Part shown: positions 45,301-59,640 of the stretch, piece by piece
Layout of the letters: every line of letters starts with the position of its first letter
Position numbering within the stretch: the stretch's first letter is position 1
Assembly (NCBI GenBank): GCA_030390025.1
Contig: CM059431.1
Location: 111,044,001-111,108,000 of the forward strand
Direction of reading: 5' to 3'
Length of the DNA stretch: 64,000 nucleotides
From: Squalus acanthias
Lineage: Eukaryota
The notes under the pieces: model-generated
What the model saw: only the letters and a program-made list of their open reading frames with translations
The model's database searches: none
Told to the model about the DNA's origin: nothing
Made by a program: the position numbers and the translations under genes

Positions 45301-47950
45301 TTTCAGTAACCAATACACCTGTCTGTCGCCAATATACTTGTCAGTCACCAATTCACCTGTCAGTCACCAGTACAACATTAAGTCACCAATTCACCTGTCA
45401 GTAATCAGGACACCTGTCAATCACCAATACACCTGTCAGTCACCAAGACACCTGTCAGTCATCAATTCACCTGTCAGTAACCAGTACACCTGTCAGTCAC
45501 CATTTCACCTGTCATTCACCCGGACACCTATCTCTCACCAGGATACCTGTCAGTCACCAGTAATCCTTTCAGTCACCAGCACACCAGTCAGTCACCAATT
45601 CACATGTCAGTCACCCAGACACCTATCTCTCACCAGGACACCTGTCAGTCACCAGTACACATGTCACTCATCAATACACCTGCCTGTCAGCAGTACACCT
45701 GTCACTCACCAATTCACCTGTCAGTCACCAGAACTCCTGTCAGTCGTCAATTCACCTGTCAGTAACCAGTACACCTGTCAGTCACCAATTCACCTGTCAG
45801 TCACCCAGACACCTATCTCTCACCAGGACACCTGTCAGTCACCAGTACATATGTCACTCATCAATACACCTGCCTGTCAGCAGTACACCTGTCACTCACC
45901 AATTCACCTGTCAGTCACCAGAACTCCTGTCAGTCGTCAATTCACCTGTCAGTCACAAGTACACCTTTCAGTCAACGATACACCTGTCAGTCACCAATTT
46001 ACCTGCCTGCCACCTGGACACCTGTCACTCACCAATACAACTGTCTGTCACCAGGGCACCTGTCAGTCACCAATTCACCTGTCAATCACCCGGACACCTA
46101 TCTGTCTCCTGGACACCTATCTCTCACCAGGATACCTGTCAGTCACCAGTAATCCTTTCAGTCACCAGCACACCAGTCAGTCACCAATTCACCTGTCAGT
46201 TACCCAGACACCTATCTCTCACCAGGACACCTATCAGTCACCAGTACACCTGTCACTCATCAATACACCTGCCTGTCAGCAGTACACCTGTCACTCACCA
46301 ATTCACCTGTCAGTCACCAGGACACCTGTCAGTCAGCAATTCACCTGTCATTCACCCAGACACCTATCTGTCACCAGGATACCTGTCAGTCACAAGTACA
46401 CCTTTCAGTCAACAATACACCTGTCAGTCACCAATTTACCTGCCTGCCACCTGGACACCTGTCACTCACCAATACAACTGTCTGTCACCAGGGCACCTGT
46501 CAGTCACCAATTCACCTGTCAATCACCAGGCTACCTGTCAATCACCATTACACATTTCAGTCACCAATTCACCTGTCAGTCACCAGGACACTTGTCAGTC
46601 ACCAGTACACCTGTCTGACACCAGGACACCTGTCAATCAGCAACACCATTGTCAGTCACCAGTACACCTGTCAGTCACCAGTACACCTGTCTGTCACCAG
46701 GACACCTGTCAATCAGCAACACCATTGTCAGTCATCAGTACACCTGTCAGTCACCAGTACACCTGTCTGTCACCAGGACACCTGTCAATCAGCAACACCA
46801 TTGTCAGTCATCAGTACACCTGTCTGTCACCAATTCACGAGTCAGTCACCAAAACACCTGTCAATCACCAGTACACCTATCAGTCACCAGTAATCCTTTC
46901 ATTCACCAATACACCTGTCAGTCACCATGACACCTGTCAGTCACCAGTACGCCTGTCAGTCGCCAATACAACTGCCAGTCACCAATAAACCTGTCAATCA
47001 CCAAAACACCGGTCAATCGCCAAGTCACCTGTCAGTCACCAGTACACATGTCAGTCACCAGGACACCTGTCAATCGGCAACACCATTGTCAGTCACCAGT
47101 ACACCTGTCAGTCACCAATACACCTGTCTGTCACCAGGACACCTGTCAATCAGCAACACCATTGTCAGTCACCAGTACACCTGTCTGTCACCAATTCATG
47201 AGTCAGTCACCAAAACACCTGTCAATCACCAGTACACCTATCAGTCACCAATACCCCTGTCAGTCACCAGAACACCTGTCAGTCACCAATTCACCTGTCA
47301 GTCACCAGTAATCCTTTCATTCACCAATACACCTGTCAGTCATCAATTCACCTGTCAGTCACCAATTCACCTGTCAGTCACCAGTAATCCTTTCATTCAC
47401 CAATACACCTGTCAGTCACCAATTCACCTGTCAGTCACCAGTACAACTTTTAGTCACCAATTCACCTGTCAGTAATCAGGACACATGTCAATCACCAATA
47501 CACATGTCAATCACCAATACACCTGTCAGTCACCAATTCACCTGTCAGTCAACAGTAAGCCTGTCAGTCACCAGTACACCTGTCAGTCACCAGTACAACT
47601 GTCAGTCACTAATAAACATGTCTGTCAGCAGTACACCTGTCACTCAACAATACACCTGTCAGTAACCAGGACACCTTTTTCTCACCAGGACAGCTGTCAC
47701 TCACCAATACACCTGTCTGTCAACAGGACACCTGTCACTCACAAGTACACATTTCAGTCACCAATTCACCTGTCAGTCACCAGGACACTTGTCAGTCACC
47801 AGTACACCTGTCAGTCACCAATACCCCTATCAGTCACCTAAACACCTGTCAATCACCAATACACCTGTCAGTCAACAATTCACCTGTCAGTCACCAGTAA
47901 TCCTTTCAGTCACCAAAACACCAGTCAGTCACCAATACACCTGTCAGTCA
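36340..47950. repeat. Array domain with nested HORs (285 bp; 760-798 bp; 2.5-4.4 kb spaced copies)
   Basis: Private markers CAGTAAGCCTGTCAG and C(A/C)CTTTTTCTCACCAGGACAGCTG at ~37730, 41010, 43380, 44140, 44938 and 47672. Near-identical ORF starts at 36851/40037/42597/46927, 40614/44542 and 43098/47485. Confidence 0.85.
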
Positions 47951-50900
47951 CCAATACACCTGTCTGTCACCAGGACACCTGTCACTCACCAATACACCTG
48001 TCTGTCACCAGGATACCTGTCTGTCACCAGTAAAACTATTAGTCACCCATGCCCCTGTCAATCACCAGGACACCTGTCAGTCACCAGTACCACTGTCAGT
48101 CACCAACACACCTGTCAGTCACCATGACACCTGTCAGTCGCCAATTCACCTGTCAGTCACCAGTACACATGTCAGTCACCAGTACACCTGTCTGACACCA
48201 GGACACCTGTCAATCAGCAACACCATTGTCAGTCACCAGTACACCTGTCTGTCACCAGGACATCTGTCAGTCAGCAAAACCATTGTCAGTCACCAATGCA
48301 CCTATCAGTCACAAATGCACCTATCTGTCACCAGGACACTTGTCAGTCACAGGTACACCTGTCAGTCACCAGGACACCTCTCAATCACAAGTACACCTGT
48401 CAGTCACCAGGACACCTCTCAGTCACAAGTACACATGTCAGTCACAAGTACATCTGTCAGTCACCAGGACACCTGTCACTCACCAATACACCTGTCTGTC
48501 ACCAGGATACCTGTCTGTCACCAGTAAAACTTTTAGTCACCAATTCACCTGTCAGTTCACAGGACACCTGTCAGTCACGAGTATCACTGTCAGTCACCAA
48601 CACACCTGTCAATCACCAAAACACCTGTCAATCACCAATTCACCTGTCAGTCACCAGTAAAGCTTTCAGTCACCAAAACACCAGTCAGTCACCAATTCAC
48701 CTGTCAGTCACCAGGACACCTGTCAGTCACCAATACACCTGTCAGTCACCAATACACCTGTCAGTCACCAGGACACCTGTCAGTCACCAATTTACCTGTC
48801 ATTCACCCGGACACCTATCTGTCACCAGGACACCTGTCAGTCACCAGTACACCTGTCACTCACTAATACACCTGTCTGTCACCAGTATACCTGTCTGTCA
48901 CCAGTAAAACTTTTAGTCACCAATTCACCTGTCAGTTCACAGGACACCTGTCAGTCACCAGTCCACCTGTCAGTCATCAGGACACCTGTCAGTCACCTAT
49001 ACCCCTGTCAATCACCAGGACACCTGTCAGTCACCAGTACCACTGTCAGTCACCAACACACCTGTCAATCACCAAAACACCTGTCAATCACCAATTCACC
49101 TGTCAGTCACAAATGCACCTTTCAGTCACCAATACACTTGTCAGTCACCAAAGCACCTGTAAATCAACAAAACACCTGTCAATCACCATACACCAGTCTG
49201 TCACCAATTCACCTGTCAGTCACCAGTAATCATTTCAGTCACCAAAACAACAGTCACCAATTCACCTGTCAGTCACCAGGGCACCTGTCAGTCACCAATA
49301 CACCTTTCAGTCACCAATACACCTGTCTGTCACAAGTACAGCTGCCAGTCACTAGGGCACCTGTCACTCACCAATACACCTGTCGATCATCAGGACACCT
49401 GTCAGTTACCTATACCCCTGTCAGTCACCATGACACCTGTCAGTCACCATGACACCTGTCAATCACCAAAACACCTGTCAATCACCAATTCACCTGTCAG
49501 TCACCGGTACACATGTCAGTCACCAGTACAGCTGTCTGACACCAGGACACCTGTCAATCAGCAACACCATTGTCAGTCACCAGTACACCTGTCAGTCACC
49601 AGGACATCTGTCAGTCAGCAAAACCATTGTCAGTCACCAATGCACCTGTCAGTCACAAATGCACATGTCTGTCACCAATGCACCTATCAGTCACAAATGC
49701 ACATGTCTGTCACCAGGACACCTGTCAGTCACCAGCCCACTTGTCAGTCACCAGGACACCTCTCAATCACAAGTACACCTGTCAGTCACCAGGACACCTG
49801 TCAGTCACCAGTACAACTGCCCATCACCAGGACACCGGTCAGTCAGAGTACACCTTTCAGTCACCAATTCACCTGTCAGTCACCAGTAATCCTTTCAATC
49901 AGGAATACACTTGTCAGTCACCAATTCACCTGTCAGTCACCAGTACAAATTTTAGTCACCAATTCACCTGTCAGTAATCAGGACACCTGTCAATCACGAA
50001 TAAACCTGTCAGTCACCAATTCACCTGTCAGTCACCAGGACACCTGTCAGTCACCAATTCACCTGTCATTCACCCGGACACCCATCTGTCACCAGGACAC
50101 CTGTCAGTCACCAGTACACCTGTCACTCACCAATACACCTGTCTGTCACCAGGACACCTGTCACTCACCAATACACCTGTCTGTCACCAGGAAACCTGTC
50201 TGTCACCAGTAAAACTTTTAGTCACCAATTCACCTGTCAGTTCACAGGACACCTGTCAGTCACCAGTCCACCTGTCGGTCATCAGGACACCTGTCAGTCA
50301 CCCATGCCCCTGTCAATCACCAGGACACCTGTCAGTCACCAGTACCACTGTCAGTCACCAACACACTGTCAATCACCAAAACACCTGTCAATCACCAAAA
50401 CACCTGTCAGTCACCAATTCACCTGTCAGTCACCAGTAAACCTTTCAGTCACCAATACACTTGTCAGTCACCAATGCAATTGTCAGTCACCAAAGCACCT
50501 GTCACTCAACAAAACACCTGCCAATCACCAATACACCAGTCTGTCACCAGTAATCCTTTGAGTCACCAATACACCTGTCAGTCACCAATTCACCTGTCAG
50601 TCATCAATTCACCTGTCATTCACCCGGACACCTATCTGTCACCAGGACACCTGTCAGTCACCAGTACACCTGTCACTCACTAATACACCTGTCTGTCACC
50701 AGGACACCTGTCACTCACCAATACACCTGTCTGTCACCAGGACACCTGTCTGTCACCAGTAAAACTTTCAGTCACCAAATCACCTGTCAGTTCACAGGAC
50801 ACCTGTCAGTCACCAGTCCACCTGTCGGTCATCAGGGCACCTTTCAGTCACCTATACCCCTTTCCACCACCAGGACACCTTTCAGTCACCAGGACACTTG

Positions 50901-51650
50901 TCAGTCACCAATACACCTGTCAGTCACCAATACACCTGTCTGTCACAAGGACAGCTGCCAGTCACTAGGGCACCTGTCACTCACCAATACACCTGTCGAT
51001 CATCAGGACATCTGTCAGTTACCTATACCCCTGTCAGTCACCATGACACCTGTGAATCACCAAAACACCTGTCAATCGCCAATTCACCTGTCAGTCACCA
51101 GTACACATGTCAGTCACCAGTACACCTGTCAGTCACCAGTACATTTGTCTGTCACCATGACATCTGTCAGTCAGCAAAACCATGGTCAGTCACCATTGCA
51201 CCTGTCAGTCACAAATGCACATATCTGTCACCAATGCACCTGTGATTCACAAATGCACATGTCAGTCACAAGTACACCTGTCAGTCACCAGGACACCTGT
51301 CAGTCACCAGTAAAACTGCCCATCACCAGGACACCTGTCAGTCAGAGTACACCTTTCAGTCACCAATTCACCTGTCAGTCACTAGTACAAATTTTAGTCA
51401 CCAATTCACCTGTCAGTAATCAGGACACCTGTCAATCACCAATACACTTGTCAGTCACCAATTCACCTGTAAGTCACCAGGACACCTGTCACTCACCAAT
51501 ACACCTGTCAGTCACCAGGACATCTCTCAGTCACAAGTACACCTGTCAGTCACCAATAAACCTGTCAGTCACCAGTTCACCTATCGGTCATCAGGACAGC
51601 TGTCGCTCACCATAGTCCTGTCACTCACCAATACACCTGTCCATCACCAA
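47950..51650. repeat. Array domain with GTCAGTTCACAGGAC marker and ~1.6-kb duplication
   Basis: GTCAGTTCACAGGAC at 48551, 48931, 50236 and 50786. ACTAGGGCACCTGTCACTCACCAATACACCTGTCGATCATCAGG at 49351 and 50964 (1613 bp apart). Confidence 0.75.
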
Positions 51651-52769
51651 TACACCTGTCACTCACCAATACACCTGTCAGTCACCATTACAACTGTCAG
51701 TCACCGAAACACCTGTCAATCACCAATACACCTGCCAGTCACCAATTCACCTGTCAGTCACCAAAACACCTGTCAATCACCAGTACACCTATCAGTCACC
51801 AATACCCTGTCAATCACTAAAAAACCTGTCAGTCACCAATTCACCTGTCAGTCACCAATTCACCTGTCAGTCACCAATTCACCTGTCAGCAAATAGGACA
51901 CCTGTCAATCACCAATAAACCTGTCTGTCACAAATTCACCTGTCTGTCACCAGGATATCTGTCTGTCACCAGTACATGTGTCTGTCACCAGGGCACCTGT
52001 CAGTCATCAGTACACCTGTTAGTCACTAATAAATCTGTCTGTCAGCAGTACACCTGTCACTTAACAATACACCTGTCACTTAACAATACACCTGTCTGTC
52101 ACCAGGACACCTGTCAGTCACCAGTACACCTGCCAGTAACCAGGACACCTGGCAGTCACAAGTACACCTGTCAGTCACCAATACCCCATCAGTCTCCAAA
52201 ACACCTGTCAATCGCCAATACACCTGTCAGTCACCAATTCACCTGTCAGTCACCAGTACAAATTTTAGTCACCAATTCACCTGTTAGTAATCAGGACACC
52301 TGTCAGTCACCAATTCACCTGTCATTCACCCAGACACCTATCTGTCACCAGGACACCTGTCAGTCACCAGTACACCTGTCACTCACCAATACACCTGTCT
52401 GTCACCAGGACACCTGTCACTCACCAATACACCTGTCTGTCATCAGGTCACCTGTTTGTCACCAATACACCTGTCTGTCACCAAGACACTTGTCAGTCAC
52501 CAGTCCACCTGTCGATCATCAGGACACCTGTCAGTCACTTATACCCCTGTCAATCACCAGGACAGCTGTCAGTCACCAGTACAACTGTCAGTCACCAGCA
52601 CACCTGTCAATCACCAAAACACCTGTCAATCACCAATACGCCAGTCTGTCACCAGGGCACCTGTCAGTCACCAATACACCTGTCAGTCACCAGGACACCT
52701 GTCAGTCACCAGTCCACCTGTCAGTCACCAGTCCACCTGTCTGTCACCAGAACACCTGTCAGTCATCAA

Positions 52770-55700
52770 TACACCTGTCAGTCATCCAGTACACCCATCA
52801 GTCGGCAGTTCAGATGTCAGTCACCTAAACACCTGTTAATCACTAAACACCTGTCACTCACCAGTACACCTTTCAGTCACAAGTACAACTCTCAGTCACC
52901 AGTTCACCTGTCAGCACCAGTACGCCTGTCAGTCACCAGTTCCCCTGTCAGTCATCAATAAACCTGTCAGTAACCAGGACACCTGTCAGTCACCAGTACA
53001 CCTGTCAGCCACCAATACACCTGTCAGTCACCAAAACACCTGTTAATCACTAAACACCTGTCAGTCACCAGTTCCCCTGTCAGTCATCAATACACCTGTC
53101 AGTAACCAGGACACCTGTCAGCCATCAATACACCTGTCACTCATCAATACACCTGTCTGTCACCAGGACACATGTCTGTCACCAGGACACCTGTCAGTCA
53201 GCAATACACCTGTCAGTCACCAGGACACCTGTCAGTCACCAGTTAACCTTTCAGTCACCAATACACTTGTCAGTCACCAAAGCACCTGTCAGTCATCCCA
53301 GTACACCCATCAGTCGGCAGTTCAGATGTCAGTCACCAAAACACCTGTTAATCACTAAACACCTGTCACTCGCCAGTACACCTTTCAGTCACAAGTACAA
53401 CTCTCAGTCACCAGTTCACCTGTCAGCAACAGTACGCCTGTCAGTCATCAGGATACCTGTCAGTCACCAGTTCCCCTGTCACTCATCAATAAACCTGTCA
53501 GTAACCAGGAAACCTGTCAGTCATCAATACACCTGTCACTCACCAATACACCTGTCTGTCAACAGGACACATGTCTGTCACCAGGACAGCTGTCAGTCAG
53601 CAATACACCTGTCAGTCACCAATGCACCTGTCAGTCACAAATGCACCTGTCAGTCACAAATGCACCTGTCAGTCACAAATGCACCTGTAAGTCATCAGGA
53701 CACCTGTCAGTCACCAGTCCACCTGTCGGTCATCAAGACACCCGTCAGTCATCAGGACACCTGTCAGTCACCAATACACCTGTCAGTCACCAAAACACCT
53801 GTTAATCACAAAACACCTGTCAGTCACCAGTTCCCCTGTCAGTCATCAATACACCTGTCAGTAACCAGGACACCTGTCAGCCATCAATACACCTGTCACT
53901 CATCAATACACCTGTCTGTCACCAGGACACATGTCTGTCACCAGGACACCTGTCAGTCAGCAATACACCTGTCAGTCACCAATGCACCTGTCAGTCACAA
54001 ATGCACCTGTCAGTCACAAATGCACCTGTCATTAACCAGGACACCTGTCAGTCACCAATACACTTGTCAGTCACCAAAACACCTGTCAATCACCAAAACA
54101 CCTGTCAATCAACTATTCACCTGTCAGTAACCAATTCACCTGTCATTCACCAGTACAACTTTCAGTCACCAATTCACCTGTCATTCACTAGTACAACTTT
54201 CAGTCACCAATTTGCCTGTCAGTCACCAGTAATCTTTTCAGTCACCAATACACCTGTCAGTCACCAATTCACCTGTCTGTCAGCAGTACACCTTTCACTA
54301 AACAATTCAGCTGTCAGTCACCAGTGCACCTGTCAGTCACCAACACACCTGTAGGTCACCAGTACACCTTTCAATCACCAATAAACCTGTCAGTCACCAA
54401 TAAACCTGTCAGTCACCAGGACACCTGTCAGTCACCTGTACACCTGTCACTCACCAATACACCTGTCTTTCACCAGTCCACCTGTCACTCACCAATACAC
54501 CTGTCTGTCACCAGAACACCTGTCTGTCACCAATACACCTGTCAATCACCAAGACACCTGTCAGTCACCAGTCCACCTGTCGGTCATCAGGACACCTGTC
54601 AGTCACTTATACCACTGTCAATCACCAGGACACCTGTCAGTCACCAGTACAACTGTCAGTCACCAACACACCTGTCAATCACCAAAACACCTGTCAATCA
54701 CCAATTCACCTGTCAGTCACCAGTAAACCTTTCAGTCACCAATACACTTGTCAGTCAACAATGCACCTGTGAATCAACAAAACACCAGTCAATCACCAAT
54801 ACACCAGTCTGTCACCAGGGCACCTGTCAGTCACCAGAACACCTGTCAGTCATCAAGACACCTGTCAGTCATCCCAGTACACCCATCAGTCGGCAGTTCA
54901 GATGTCAGTCACCAAAACACCTGTTAATCACTAAACACCTGTCACTCACCAGTACACCTTTCAGTCACAAGTACAACTCTCAGTCACCAGTTCAGCTGTC
55001 AGCACCAGTATGCCTGTCAGTCATCAGGACACCTGTCAGTCACCAGTTCCCCTGTCAGTCATCAATAAACCTGTCAGTAACCAGGACACCTGTCAGTCAT
55101 CAATACACCTGTCACTCACCAATACACCTGTCTGTCACCAGGACACATGTCTGTCACCAGGACAGCTGTCAGTCAGCAATACACCTGTCAGTCACCAATG
55201 CACCTGTCAGTCATAAATGCACCTGTCAGTCACAAATGCACCTGTCAGTCATCAGGACACCTGTCAGTCACCAGTCCACCTGTTGGTCATCAAGACACCT
55301 GTCAATCACTAAACACCTGTCACTCACCAGTTCGCTATTCAGTCACAAGTACACCTCTCAGTCACCAGTTCACCTGTCAGCACCAGCACACCTGTCAGTC
55401 ATCAGGACACCTGTCAGTCACCAGTTCCCCTGTCAGTCATCAATACACCTGTCAGTAACCAGGACACCTGTCAGTCATCAATACACCTGTCACTCACCAA
55501 TACACCTGTCTGTCACCAGGACACATGTCTGTCACCAGGACACCTGTCAGTCAGCAATACACCTGTCAGTCACCAATGCACCTGTCAGTCACAAATGCAC
55601 CTGTCAGTCACCAGGACACCTGTCAATCACCAAAACACCTGCCAATCAACTATTCACCTGTCAGTCACCAATTGACCTGTCATTCACCAGTAATCCTTTC

Positions 55701-58700
55701 AGTCACCAATATACCTGTCAGTCACAAATGCACCTGTCAGTCACCAGTACACCTATCAATCACCAATTCACCTGTCTGTCAGCAGTACACCTGTCACTAA
55801 ACAATTCAGCTGTCAGTCACCAGTACACCTGGCAGTCATCAGGACACCTGTCAGTCACCAGCCCACTTCTTTGTCATCAGGGCACCTGTCAGTCATCATT
55901 ACACCTTTCAGTCACCAGTACATCTGTCAGTCACAATTACACCTGTCTTTCACCAGGACACCTGTCAGTCAGCAATACACCTGTCAGTCACCAATTCACC
56001 TGTCAGTCACCAGGACACCTGTCAGTCACCAAAACACCTGTCTATCACCAAATCACCTGTCATTCACCAACCACCTTTCAGTCACCAATTCACCTGAAAG
56101 TCACCAGTAATCCTTTCAGTCACCAGTACACCTTTCAGCCACAAGTACAACTCTCAGTCACCAGTTCACCTGTCAGCACCAGTTCCCCTGTCAGTCATCA
56201 ATAAACCTGTCAGTAACCAGGACACCTGTCAGTCATCAATACACCTGTCACTCACCAATACACCTGTCTGTCAACAGGACACATGTCTGTCACCAGGACA
56301 GCTGTCAGTCAGCAATACACCTGTCAGTCACCAATGCACCTGTCAGTCACAAATGCACCTGTAAGTCATCAGGACACCTGTCAGTCACCAGTCCACCTGT
56401 CGGTCATCAAGATACCTGTCAGTCATCAGGACACCTGTCAGTCACCAGGACACCTGTCAGTCACCAGTACACCTGTCAGCCACCAATACACCTGTCAGTC
56501 ACCAAAACACCTGTTAATCACTAAACACCTGTCAGTCACCAGTTCCCCTGTCAGTCAGCAATACACCTGTCAGTAACCAGGACACCTGTCAGCCATCAAT
56601 ACACCTGTCACTCATCAATACACCTGTCTGTCACCAGGACACATGTCTGTCACCAGGACACCTGTCAGTCAGCAATACACCGGTCAGTCACCAGGACACC
56701 TGTCAGTCACCAGTTAACCTTTCAGTCACCAATACACTTGTCAGTCACCAAAGCACATGTCAATCAACAAAACACCAGTCAATCACCAATACACCAGTCT
56801 GTCACCAGGGCACCTGTCAGTCACCAGTTCCCCTGTCAGTCATCAATACACCTGTCAGTAACCAGGACACCTGTCAGCCATCAATACACCTGTCACTCAC
56901 CAATACACCTGTCTGTCACCAGGACACATGTCTGTCACCAGGACACATGTCTGTCACCAGGACACCTGTCAGTCAGCAATACACCTGTCAGTCACCAGGA
57001 CACCTGTCAGTCACCAGTTAACCTTTCAGTCACCAATACACTTGTCAGTCACCAAAGCACCTGTCAATCAACAAAACACCAGTCAATCACCAATACACCA
57101 GTCTGTCACCAGGGCACCTGTCAGTCACCAATACACCTGTCAGTCATCAGGACACCTGTCAGTCACCAGTCCACCTGTCAGTCATCCCAGTACACCCATC
57201 AGTCGGCAGTTCAGATGTCAGTCACCAAAACACCTGTTAATCACTAAACACCTGTCACTCGCCAGTACACCTTTCAGTCACAAGTACAACTCTCAGTCAC
57301 CAGTTCACCTGTCAGCAACAGTACGCCTATCAGTCATCAGGATACCTGTCAGTCACCAGTTCCCCTGTCACTCATCAATAAACCTGTCAGTAACCAGGAA
57401 ACCTGTCAGTCATCAATACACCTGTCACTCACCAATACACCTGTCTGTCAACAGGACACATGTCTGTCACCAGGACAGCGGTCAGTCAGCAATACACCTG
57501 TCAGTCACCAATGCACCTGTCAGTCACAAATGCACCTGTCAGTCACCAATGCACCTGTCAGTCACAAATGCACCTGTAAGTCATCAGGACACCTGTCAGT
57601 CACCAGTCCACCTGTCGGTCATCAAGACACCCGTCAGTCATCAGGACACCTGTCAGTCACCAATACACCTGTCAGTCACCAAAACACCTGTTAATCACTA
57701 AACACCTGTCAGTCACCAGTTCCCCTGTCAGTCATCAATACACCTGTCAGTAACCAGGACACCTGTCAGCCATCAATACACCTTTCACTCATCAATACAC
57801 CTGTCTGTCACCAGGACACATGTCTGTCACCAGGACACCTGTCAGTCAGCAATACACCTGTCAGTCACCAATGCACCTGTCAGTCACAAATGCACCTGTC
57901 AGTCACAAATGCACCTGTCATTAACCAGGACACCTGTCAGTCACCAATACACCTGTCAGTCACCAAAACACCTGTCAATCACCAAAACACCTGTCAATCA
58001 ACTATTCACCTGTCAGTAACCAATTCACCTGTCATTCACCAGTACAACTTTCAGTCACCAATTCACCTGTCATTCACTAGTACAACTTTCAGTCACCAAT
58101 TTGCCTGTCAGTCACCAGTAATCTTTTCAGTCACCAATACACCTGTCAGTCACAAATGCACCTGTCAGTCACCAGTACACCTGTCAATCACCAATTCACC
58201 TGTCTGTCAGCAGTACACCTTTCACTAAACAATTCAGCTGTCAGTCACCAGTACACCTGTCAGTCACCAACACACCTGTAGGTCACCAGTACACCTTTCA
58301 ATCACCAATAAACCTGTCACTCACCAATACACCTGTCTGTCACCAGAACACCTGTCTGTCACCAATACACCTGTCAATCACCAAGACACCTGTCAGTCAC
58401 CAGTCCACCTGTCGGTCATCAGGTCACCTGTCAGTCACTTATACCACTGTCAATCACAAATTCACCTGTCAGTCACCAGTAAACCTTTCAGTCACCAATA
58501 CACTTGTCAGTCAACAATGCACCTGTGAATCAACAAAACACCAGTCAATCACCAATACACCAGTCTGTCACCAGGGCACCTGTCGGTCACCAGAACACCT
58601 GTCAGTCATCAAGACACCTGTCAGTCATCCCAGTACACCCATCAGTCGGCAGTTCAGATGACAGTCACCAAAACACCTGTTAATCACTAAACACCTGTCA

Positions 58701-59640
58701 CTCACCAGTACACCTTTCAGTCACAAGTACAACTCTCAGTCACCAGTTCACCTGTCAGCACCAGTATGCCTGTCAGTCATCAGGACACCTGTCAGTCACC
58801 AGTTCCCCTGTCAGTCATCAATAAACCTGTCAGTAACCAGGACACCTGTCAGTCATCAATACACCTGTCACTCACCAATACACCTGTCTGTCACCAGGAC
58901 ACCTGTCAGTCATCAATACACCTGTCAGTAACCAGGACACCTGTCAGTCATCAATACACCTGTCACTCACCAATACACCTGTCTGTCACCAGGACACATG
59001 TCTGTCACCAGGACACCTGTCAGTCAGCAATACACCTGTCAGTCACCAATGCACCTGTCAGTCACCAATGCACCTGTCAGTCACCAGGACACCTGTCAGT
59101 CACCAATACACCTGTCAGTCACCAAAACACCTGTCAATCACCAAAACACCTGCCAATCAACTATTCACCTGTCAGTCACCAATTGACCTGTCATTCACCA
59201 GTACAACTTTCAGTCACCAATTCGCCTGTCAGTCACCAGTAATCCTTTCAGTCACCAATATACCTGTCAGTCACAAATGCACCTGTCAGTCACCAGTACA
59301 CCTATCAATCACCAATTCACCTGTCTGTCAGCAGTACACCTGTCACTAAACAATTCAGCTGTCAGTCACCAGTACACCTGTCAGTCATCAGGACACCTGT
59401 CAGTCACCAGCCCACTTCTTTGTCATCAGGGCACCTGTCAGTCATCATTACACCTTTCAGTCACCAGTACATCTGTCAGTCACAATTACACCTGTCTTTC
59501 ACCAGGACACCTGTCAGTCACCAAAACACCTGTCTATCACCAAATCACCTGTCATTCACCAACCACCTTTCAGTCACCAATTCACCTGAAAGTCACCAGT
59601 AATCCTTTCAGTCACCAGTACACCTTTCAGTCACCCATTC
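52770..59640. repeat. Array domain with ~3.9-kb duplication and internal ~1.5-kb module
   Basis: Private marker CACCCATCAGTCGGCAGTTCAGATG at 52792, 53304, 54880, 57193 and 58636. Matching segments are offset by 3889 (54001/57890), 3756 (55010/58766) and 3549 bp (55871/59420). Confidence 0.88.

Noticed and set aside
54324..56204. 626-aa ORF (also 562 aa at 59277-60965, 426 aa at 45338-46618 and 356 aa at 16168-17238) resembling a mucin-like or Cys/His-rich protein
   Set aside because: These are translations of the stop-free 19-bp repeat. Overlapping frames give the same peptide, there is no unique domain or signal peptide, starts are often GTG/TTG, and paralogous copies contain stops and frameshifts.
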